Positions 1-6,829 are shown, numbered from the stretch's first letter. The stretch is DNA of 7,793 nucleotides from Amoeboradix gromovi X-113 (GCA_018985225.1 JADGIF010000484.1:1-7793), one strand, 5' to 3'. Notes: generated from the sequence alone by a model not told the origin. Numbers and translations: made by a program.

Positions 1-357
1 AGAAAAATCTGGAAAAGTCTTGAAATGATACAAAAATATATACAAATTCGCGATAAATGATTTATTCAAGAAAATAGCTTTATCTGTACTACTCAATAAT
101 AGTCTAATTTTTAGAAAAACTAAAGAATTTCCATAGAGAAACTAAAAAAGCTAGTTGCCTATTCTGAGTGATAAAATATGGGGTACCTGTTCAAAAATTA
201 CCATAGTTAGCACTCCATGATCCATTTCAGGGAACGGGCGTGTTATGCAATTGGTTCGAAGAGAAGAATTAGACACACCAAACATCATTCTATAACAAAT
301 TGCTATATGATTCAGTGAAGTATACAACTTTTGTAAGTCCGCGTTTGAAACAACTTC

Positions 358-1137
358 ATGATTAGAAACATCATTCTAGCTGGACCACCTCTGCTTACTT
401 TTGCATTGATAGAGTGGGGGCATGTTACAACAATTCTGGTATTTTATAAAGACGGTATAGCACAGCTATTTTTCATTAACATATTTTATATTTTCTTTGT
501 ATCTAGTTTTATCCAGATAATGCGAACTAATCCAGGAACTGTAAATAGGTCTCCTGAAGTAACATACATGGTGAGGTATGACAATGGAGAAGAGCGATTT
601 TGTGACGTATGCAATGTTCTAAAACCCGACAGATCGCATCACTGCCAAATATGCAAAACTTGCGTATTAAGGCAGGATCATCATTGTCCCTGGGTGTATA
701 ATTGCGTTGGATACTATACCCACAAACTTTTTATTCTATTTACCTTTTATGGGTTTATTTATTGCACCACCGTATTTATTTCTTTATCGTCAAATTACTC
801 GTCGATTAGTAACTCTGCTTCAATAAACTTTGAATTAAATGTGTTTATGGTGACTGTTGCTAGTGGTTTATTTGCTGTGGCGCTACTAATTTTTAGTTCT
901 TTGCATATATCTTACGCGTTAAGAAACCTGACCAGTATGGAATCTATAGGATTCCCCAGAACTAGATTTGAACACAGAAGAGACCTCAACATATTTAGAT
1001 TAGATACTTTGGAGAACATCAAAATGTACATGGGATATGATGTTTTGAATTGGTGGATTCCTACTGTTCCAAAGTTCAATAGCGATGGATATGAGTTTGA
1101 ATTAAATCATGAGGCGCAGGTAATGCTTAATGCATGA
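358..1137 (+). CDS. DHHC-type protein S-palmitoyltransferase (Pfa3 / ZDHHC2-15-20-like), 259 aa
   Basis: Cys-rich domain FCDVCNVLKPDRSHHCQICKTCVLRQDHHCPWVYNCVG with DHHC at 676-687. Two hydrophobic helices precede an NPG (DPG-like) motif and two follow the CRD. TTxE-like TSME and a PaCCT-like C-terminus NIFRLDTLENIKMYMGYDVLNWWIP followed by SDGYEF. Subfamily assignment is from motif recall, not a search. Confidence 0.95.
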   Translation: MIRNIILAGPPLLTFALIEWGHVTTILVFYKDGIAQLFFINIFYIFFVSSFIQIMRTNPGTVNRSPEVTYMVRYDNGEERFCDVCNVLKPDRSHHCQICKTCVLRQDHHCPWVYNCVGYYTHKLFILFTFYGFIYCTTVFISLSSNYSSISNSASINFELNVFMVTVASGLFAVALLIFSSLHISYALRNLTSMESIGFPRTRFEHRRDLNIFRLDTLENIKMYMGYDVLNWWIPTVPKFNSDGYEFELNHEAQVMLNA

Positions 1138-1837
1138 CTTGCTTAAATAGTAAACATTTCAATACAGTATTAACTAGGTCTTTACCCTTCTTGACTACCT
1201 TATCTAGTAACTAAATGAAAACGCAACAATAGTTTAGGTTGCCAAACTTTATCATGCGAGTTGAGGATTTTGTAATTACAAATTTTCAATTTCGCGGCCA
1301 TTATTACACTATTCACATTTCTAGCAACTGCTTCTAAAAGTGATACTCTTAATTTACACTTAAGCTCTGTCTTTCAACTCCAAACCTGTCATCTTTCTGT
1401 CAAATTAAATCATCGATCTTATTTAAAATGATGCAGGAGTGCCCTCATTAAAAATTCTGAAATTACGAAAAATCAAGAATTTCCATAAGTATACCGAAAA
1501 GTCAGTAGATCCATTATATTGGATGCCCAAGCTTTTACCATCATGATGAAGGATTGTATGCGAAGGACATGGTTCAACTACAAGGTCTCAATCTACTTCA
1601 AAATGCCAATTTGGACAACTGTCTACAAATCGGTTCTTTTAAAGGTTCCACACAAAGTGCACGCTTGAAAAATAAATGCTTGATTTCATTGTAACCAATT
1701 TCTTTCCCGAAATTTGCCCACGGATGAGAAAACGAGATTTCCTCTACTTTTCTCAGTTAGAAAATTTAGAAAGATAATTTATTCGAGTGATGAAATTCAA
1801 CGGTTAATGATGTATTCAATTTTGAATCGAGGACTAT

Positions 1838-1851
1838 TTTCATGATGCCCC
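1838..1851 (+). promoter_or_regulatory. Putative TTTCAT...CCCC core-promoter element upstream of GUT2
   Basis: TTTCAT 1838-1843 and CCCC 1848-1851, with ATG at 1870. The same arrangement occurs before ATGs at 4279(+), 5402(-) and 5720(-). Confidence 0.45.
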
Positions 1852-1869
1852 ACATTAAATCCTAAACAA

Positions 1870-3625
1870 ATGGGTTTAGTCTCTCTCTTGAATGCATCAC
1901 TGAGTTCATTCCCGTTTGATTTCAAATCCTCAAATGACTATTTTAAATATTTAACTCTTCATGCTGATGAAATTAATCCACTGGATATATTGAAGTCTTT
2001 TAACAGAAAAACTCAACTGAACAAGGTCAAAAACACACCGTTGTATGATATAGTAATAATAGGTGGCGGGGCTACAGGTGCAGGATGTCTTTATCAAGCT
2101 ACATTGCGAGGATATTCAGCGTGCTTAGTAGATTCTAATGATTTTGCATCTCAAACTAGTTCTAAAAGTACTAAACTACTTCATGGTGGCATTAGGTACC
2201 TTGAGAAAGCATTTTGGAACCTAGATAAACGGCAGTATGATCTAGTAACCGAGGCGCTGCATGAAAGAAAACATTTTTTCCAACTGGCACCTTATTTGTG
2301 CTACAATGTCCCTATTCTCATTCCTGCGGATTCTTATTTGCGCCTTCCTTATTTCTATGCCGGTGCAAAGGTATACGACTGGTTAAGTGGAAAGGAATCT
2401 TTGAATCCTTCGTTTTTTTTATCAAAACAACTAATGCTGAGTTTCTTTCCTCAACTGAATCCTTCTAGATTTATTGGTGGCGTTATATATTATGACGGTA
2501 TGCAAAATGATGCCCGAATGAACATGATGCTTTGCTTAACTAGCTGCTATTACGGAGCAAACCTCCTAAACTACGTAGAAGTCACCAAACTTACTAGAGA
2601 CAGTAGCAATGCTGTCAATGGCGTGGTAGTTGTTGATAAAATAACTAATGAATCATTCGAGATCCATGCTAAAGCTGTAATAAATGCGACCGGTCCATTC
2701 ACAGACACGATAATGAAGCTGGACAACCCAAATCACGAGAATTTGGTGGTTCCTAGTCGTGGTACCCACTTAACGTTACCCAGCTACATATGCCCTTCTG
2801 ATATGGGTATTGTTGACCCGAGCAGTGATGGTAGAGTAACTTATTTACTGCCATGGCAGAATGAAGCAATTGCAGGTACTACCGATGTTAAGTGCGACAC
2901 CAAGCCTGACTCGACACCTTCCCAGTCTGAAATAGACTGGATATTGAAGGAATTGAAGACATATTTGCATCCTGACTTGCCGCTAGACTCTGGGGATATA
3001 AAAAGTAGCTGGAGTGGTATAAGACCATTGATAAGAGATCCCGATGCCAAAGACACAAAAGAGCTGGTCAGAAGTCATAAAGTTATAACCAGTCCATCTG
3101 GTCTTATCTCTATCGTTGGCGGGAAATGGACGACTTATCGCCAAATGGCCAAAGACACATTGGAATCAATTCAGATACAGCCTAGTAACAAATCAATACA
3201 TAACAAAACCATACTAGGAGGGGCTGGATGGAACTCATTTTATTTCATTGAGCTGATGAAAGAGTTCAAAATAAACGAAGATGTAATCACAACTAACATA
3301 GATTGCGAGACATATATCGCAGAATTATGGCACATATGGATCCCACTTGTTAAAAATGGGAATCGAAAATGATTTGATGACCAGAATACACCCTGATTAT
3401 CCATTCTTAAAAGCAGAGATTAAATGGAGTGTCGATCATGAGTTGGTGGAACATGTAGACGACTTTTTATACCGAAGAATAAGGCTAGGTTTAATTGACG
3501 TAAATGCCATAGAGTCTATTAAAGATGAGACCATAAATTATTTTGGAGAGTTGAAATTGTGGGACAGTAATAGAAAAGCCATGGAATTGGACAGATTAAA
3601 GGGTCATACTAAAATGACCATATAA
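1870..3625 (+). CDS. GUT2: FAD-dependent (mitochondrial-type) glycerol-3-phosphate dehydrogenase; join(1870..3282,3302..3625), 578 aa
   Basis: FAD-binding DIVIIGGGATGAG, TSSKSTKLLHGGIRYLEKA, YYDGMQNDAR, VINATGPFTD, AGTTD, SSWSGIRPL, GGKWTTYRQMA. The second ORF supplies the C-terminal domain (IHPDYPFLKAEIKW...DDFLYRRIRLG). Removing 3283-3301 joins the two frames as ...KINED|IARHISQNYG.... No C-terminal EF-hand extension, which is the fungal-type architecture. Confidence 0.96.
3283..3301 (+). other. 19-nt spliceosomal intron (phase 0) in GUT2
   Basis: Sequence GTAATCACAACTAACATAG has a GT donor, an ACTAAC branch point and a TAG acceptor. Its 19-nt length exactly corrects the frame between ORF 1870..3372 and ORF 3347..3625. 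Confidence 0.9.
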
Positions 3626-3629
3626 TAAA
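3624..3629 (+). terminator. AATAAA polyadenylation signal overlapping the GUT2 stop codon
   Basis: TAA stop at 3623-3625 lies within TAATAAA. Confidence 0.55.
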
Positions 3630-4256
3630 GATGTTTGTCTGTATTTTATTTATTCGATTTTGAAGAACTTGATCAACTTCACAAACTGATAGAATAAGAT
3701 GCAGTTACACAGCAGTAATCTACATCTGAAGCATAGCTAGCCCAAATCCTGTGAAAATCCTAATGAAAGTACAGAGTCTAGCATATCAAAGCATCATACC
3801 GTATTAATTGAGTGATATGGTTCCATATCGGATTATGGGACAGAATATATGTCTACCTAGAAGACACTAGCTGCTAGGAAGGAGTCGGTAGGTGAAGGAT
3901 GCATGCATCTAGACAAACTAAAGAAAAAACTTTCAGCTTTTGACGTAAATTTTATCCATTATCTTTTTGACGCTGATTTACTCTAAATCCATATGGACCC
4001 CAAGACTAACAATACTAGTTCGATCCTGTCTGTGCATGGTGTAGATTAGGTCAGGGTAGTGTTATGATCCTCAGTCGGATCGGATCTGGAGAAGGATTAA
4101 ATCAACAGATGAGAATGCCAGAGTTTCTCACGGTACCAGTAGTAGATTTGGAAGTTACTCTATTTTTCTAAATTTCATTACTGTGTCTCTTTGGTTGTGT
4201 TTTCAATGGTCTTTGACTTCTAAACACAGTATCGCAAGCTTTCAATTGGATTCTTA

Positions 4257-4273
4257 TTTCATAAACGCTCCCC
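4257..4273 (+). promoter_or_regulatory. Putative TTTCAT...CCCC core-promoter element upstream of ECO1
   Basis: TTTCAT 4257-4262 and CCCC 4270-4273, with ATG at 4279. Confidence 0.45.
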
Positions 4274-4278
4274 TTTTG

Positions 4279-4833
4279 ATGCAAACCCTATTACCATATT
4301 TACCAAGTGCCAGTGTATGTAAAAAGTGTGGGTTACTGACTAAGTGCAACAACCAGCAAGATTCCAAACTGCACAAAAGGGTTTGTCAGCCATACAATTT
4401 CTTAAAAAGCGGTGCGGTTATTCAGCACATATTTGAAAGCAGACAAAACTCATTAGACGGAAAAGCAATACTTCCCAAAAAGTCAAAGAAGATATTGTTT
4501 AGTAAATCGAACAAACGAATCTACACATATATTAAAGATTTACAAGGAGCAGTAGATTTTAAATATTCTGGTATTCTAACTTTTGTTGATCAGCAATACA
4601 AGGTACTGGGATGTCTTTTTTATAGAGTGATTGAGTCTAAAATCATTATTACTTATATCTGGACGCACCATTTGCATAAAAGAATGAGAATAGCAACAAG
4701 ACTACTTGATGCTTTGGAAAAATATTTGAGGGTTGCTAAATCAGACATTTGCTGCACACAGCTTACAGAAGATGGAGAATACTTCTTTAAGTTTTATTTC
4801 AAGAAGGATGAAATAAAAATTTATTCCAATTGA
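4279..4833 (+). CDS. ECO1: Cohesin (Smc3) N-acetyltransferase ECO1/CTF7/ESCO family, 184 aa from ATG 4279
   Basis: N-terminal PIP-box-like QTLLPYL. Zinc finger C-x2-C-x14-H-x3-C (CKKCGLLTKCNNQQDSKLHKRVC). C-terminal ESCO-type GNAT ITYIWTHHLHKRMRIATRLLD...ICCTQLTEDGEYFFKFYF, compared with the recalled family consensus ISRIWV..RR..IA..LLD...FSQPT..G..F. The first in-frame ATG is 4279; the ORF-track start at 4183 is a GTG. Confidence 0.9.
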   Translation: MQTLLPYLPSASVCKKCGLLTKCNNQQDSKLHKRVCQPYNFLKSGAVIQHIFESRQNSLDGKAILPKKSKKILFSKSNKRIYTYIKDLQGAVDFKYSGILTFVDQQYKVLGCLFYRVIESKIIITYIWTHHLHKRMRIATRLLDALEKYLRVAKSDICCTQLTEDGEYFFKFYFKKDEIKIYSN

Positions 4834-4843
4834 TTGGAAAATT

Positions 4844-4857
4844 TAATAAATTTATTA
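4844..4857. terminator. Palindromic bidirectional poly(A) signal between convergent genes
   Basis: TAATAAATTTATTA is a perfect 14-bp palindrome giving AATAAA on both strands, inside the 26-bp gap between stops at 4833(+) and 4860(-). Confidence 0.65.
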
Positions 4858-4859
4858 TT

Positions 4860-5402
4860 TTAATTGTCTGCGCTTCTAAGTAGATTCTGAAATAGTTCTT
4901 CGTCTATTAAATTATCTTTTGACCTCGATTTTAAATGATTTGACAGTATGATAAGTTGTTTCGGATTCTCATTCAAGTATTCTTTTAATTCCCCTATTTT
5001 AGTATCAAATCTGTTCTCAAACTTACTAAAGAATTCTTGCACACATTCTTCGCAGCACTGCCCATCTGCTCTTGATTTTTCTGTCTCTAAATCGTTCTTT
5101 GAGTTTGTTAGATCACTTATTTTACTGCCTATGTAGTCTGTGGCTTGTTTTATAAAATGTTTGCTGGCCACATATAGCGAAGATAGTCCTCCTACTATTC
5201 TAAATTGCTGGGGTGCATGAAAATACAATGCCACTAGTATTATCATCATTGTCATTCCTTGGACACTATTTATTAGTGCTAACAACTCAATCACTACATT
5301 GGTTATTGTTTGAACTGAGATTGCAGTAAATTTGACTGCTGGAGACACCATTGATGCAAAAGTTTTCAACAGAGTAACACCTGCTTGAACGTTGATACTC
5401 AT
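4860..5402 (-). CDS. Hypothetical 180-aa protein; hydrophobic N-terminal half (possible membrane segments) and charged helical C-terminal half with CCxxC
   Basis: 543-nt ATG-to-TAA ORF in AT-rich DNA, AATAAA just after the stop and TTTTAT...CCC just before the ATG. No family recognised. Confidence 0.75.
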   Translation of the reverse strand: MSINVQAGVTLLKTFASMVSPAVKFTAISVQTITNVVIELLALINSVQGMTMMIILVALYFHAPQQFRIVGGLSSLYVASKHFIKQATDYIGSKISDLTNSKNDLETEKSRADGQCCEECVQEFFSKFENRFDTKIGELKEYLNENPKQLIILSNHLKSRSKDNLIDEELFQNLLRSADN

Positions 5403-5415
5403 AGTTAAAACAATC

Positions 5416-5441
5416 GGGACATCAAATATAAAAACTAGACT
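5416..5441 (+). repeat. Dispersed motif copy 1 (GGGACATCAAATATAAAAACTAGACT)
   Basis: 5421-5441 matches 6478-6498 at 20/21 positions. The whole copy matches the reverse complement of 5817-5841 with 2 mismatches and a 1-nt gap. It lies 13 nt upstream of the ATG of the 4860-5402(-) gene. Confidence 0.8.
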
Positions 5442-5528
5442 TGCTTTCTAAATGGTTTGAATCGTTATTTCAAGTGTGTGTTAACCGATAGTAAATTAAA
5501 TTAATCAGATTAGTTCAAGTAAATTATT

Positions 5529-5720
5529 TTAGTACAAATGCTTTTCATCCATCAAAATCTTAGAAACAATGACTAATAAGAAGAGAAAACAAAAAATAAG
5601 CTGTACGAAAGGTGGTAAGAAGAAAAAGAAAAAGGAAGATAATAGTGGTAAGTAGTAGATAATGCACCTTTTGCTTAGAGACTCAGAGATCTTATATATT
5701 TGAAAGAGATAGTGGGTCAT
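5529..5720 (-). CDS. Small hydrophobic protein, 63 aa, probably two membrane helices
   Basis: ATG-to-TAA ORF with IIYYLPLLSSFFFFFL-PP-FVQLIFCFLFLLVIV. Upstream minus-strand context TTTCAT-N10-CCCC-N18-ATG resembles that of GUT2. Low complexity, so it could be spurious. Confidence 0.45.
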   Translation of the reverse strand: MTHYLFQIYKISESLSKRCIIYYLPLLSSFFFFFLPPFVQLIFCFLFLLVIVSKILMDEKHLY

Positions 5721-5738
5721 CTTGTTTTATTTTAAAGA

Positions 5739-5758
5739 GGGGAATGTCATTAATGAAA
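5739..5758 (-). promoter_or_regulatory. Putative TTTCAT...CCCC core-promoter element upstream of the 63-aa ORF
   Basis: Minus strand reads AGTCCTTCTTTCATTAATGACATTCCCC, then 18 nt, then ATG at 5720. Confidence 0.4.
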
Positions 5759-5814
5759 GAAGGACTTTTATTAATAGTATTTCCTCCTTATGGTGCACCT
5801 CCTTCGAAAACGAC

Positions 5815-5841
5815 TTAGTCTAGTCTTATATTTGGTGTCCC
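5815..5841 (-). repeat. Dispersed motif copy 2, inverted relative to copies 1 and 3
   Basis: Reverse complement reads GGGACACCAAATATAAGACTAGACTAA. Confidence 0.75.
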
Positions 5842-6273
5842 AGGAGTACAGTTTACCAATAACTGGAATACACTCTGAAATGCCTAAACTAAAAATGGGG
5901 AAGATTCTTTAGAGACTACCACATAGTAGTGACGATAATTCATCTTCCTCTCGCGCCAGCTTGCTTTTTCATGAATAGTCAAAAACTGTGCGCAGCACTT
6001 TTCTGTTGAAAGCAATATTGTATTACTAATTAAATACTTTGCTAAATTGTTAAAATACAGGAATCTGCAGGCTCGTCCGTTGCCAATATCTACTGACACG
6101 ATTTCTTGAGCCGTCTCCATAGTAAAAGACTCCATCTATTTTACCACTGAAGAACAAAATATGAGCGCTTGTCTTTCCTGATTGTAGTTTATGAATGAAT
6201 GGTGATATCAACCCTTAACTGTACTCAAAAAAGACGCAATAAACGGAAGAAGACAAGAACTATGATTATGGGA

Positions 6274-6464
6274 CACACAATGTAATAACGAGAGCAACTC
6301 GATATTTCATAAAATTGCAAAAACTGTGTTTTCTGAAACTTTGAAATGAGATCTTTCTGAAAATCCCAGTTTCAAGTTGGTGTGACCATATTGATTATAC
6401 TACCTGGCCTTTAAATGAGCACAGCAATTCAAATGTGATAACTTGACTGAACCAATGAAATCTT
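6274..6464 (-). pseudogene. Possible decayed paralog of the 5' part of the 4860-5402 orphan gene
   Basis: Follows motif copy 3 in the same orientation as the orphan follows copy 1. 6303-6274 encodes IELLSLLHCV versus IELLALINSV in the orphan (6/10 aa, 20/30 nt). No ATG at the equivalent position, and in-frame stops are present. Aligned by eye only. Confidence 0.35.
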
Positions 6465-6477
6465 GTTAAAATGTTGA

Positions 6478-6500
6478 ATCAAATATGAAAACTAGACTAA
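6478..6500 (+). repeat. Dispersed motif copy 3 (ATCAAATATGAAAACTAGACTAA)
   Basis: 20/21 identity to 5421-5441. Shares the terminal ACTAGACTAA with copy 2. Lacks the GGGAC end. Confidence 0.8.
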
Positions 6501-6507
6501 ATATTTA

Positions 6508-6747
6508 TTAAGTAAAGTCACCTTTCTTTCTTCCTCTAGTATCAAATATTCTTAATGCAACTTCACGAACAATTGCTGGTGTGCACCATTCACCAGTCAC
6601 ATTATCACTCACAGATTGTTCACTTATCAATTCTTCTTTTACACGTACTTGCCCTCTTTCCAAAAATGAACGTTTAGTACCTGTTACTAATACACCATCT
6701 TTTGATAATAATGTAATTTGCAATACAACAATTTCCCAAAATATTCT
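6508..6747 (-). CDS. Candidate terminal exon or gene fragment (79 open codons, no in-frame ATG)
   Basis: Open frame RIFWEIVVLQITLL...GEWCTPAIVREVALRIFDTRGRKKGDFT* whose TAA overlaps AATAAA (6509-6504), as at GUT2. The nearest ATG (6751) is one base out of frame. Confidence 0.3.
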   Translation of the reverse strand, partial: RIFWEIVVLQITLLSKDGVLVTGTKRSFLERGQVRVKEELISEQSVSDNVTGEWCTPAIVREVALRIFDTRGRKKGDFT

Positions 6748-6829
6748 TCATCCAACTAGGTTGTTGATGGTTGATTGGTGCTTTGATTATTTATGTTGTC
6801 AATTGATTTTATTCTGAAAAATTCAAAAC

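Noticed and set aside
1-60. Open plus frame RKIWKSLEMIQKYIQIRDK* at the window edge
   Set aside because: Could be the tail of an upstream gene, but 19 codons give no support.
333-365. GTAAGT...ATTAG possible intron upstream of the DHHC gene
   Set aside because: Splicing would delete the ATG at 358, and the required upstream frame has a stop at 316-318.
1489-1694. Two overlapping plus-strand open frames of about 60 codons in the DHHC-GUT2 spacer
   Set aside because: No recognisable motif and no convincing start or splice signals.
2841-3056. 71-aa minus-strand ORF
   Set aside because: Antisense shadow inside GUT2, with no motifs.
3283-3372. Programmed frameshift, split gene or pseudogene explanation for the two GUT2 ORFs
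   Set aside because: No slippery heptamer at the junction. A GT/CTAAC/AG segment of exactly the needed length restores a gap-free alignment.
4183-4278. N-terminal 32-codon extension of ECO1 in the ORF track
   Set aside because: Starts at GTG in a eukaryotic context. Family similarity and the upstream motif both point to ATG 4279.
4948-5136. 62-aa plus-strand ORF
   Set aside because: Antisense shadow inside the 180-aa gene.
5791-5825. Helitron-like 3' end (small palindromes followed by CTAG|T)
   Set aside because: Among the three motif copies the conserved sequence lies on the wrong side of CTAG and the hairpin is not shared.
6020-6060. AT-rich 41-nt GT...CAG segment resembling a plus-strand intron
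   Set aside because: Flanking frames close quickly, so no coherent spliced ORF results.
5884-6135. 83-aa minus-strand ORF (TEKCC faintly recalls TEK...CC in the 180-aa orphan)
   Set aside because: No recognisable family, no upstream motif or poly(A) signal, and the resemblance is too weak to call.
6397-6408. ATACTACCTGGC resembling the U1 snRNA 5' end (ATACTTACCTGG)
   Set aside because: One base is missing, and no U1-70K loop or stem-loop architecture is visible downstream.
6581-6817. 78-aa plus-strand ORF
   Set aside because: GTG start, no motifs, and probably the shadow of the minus-strand frame 6508-6747.
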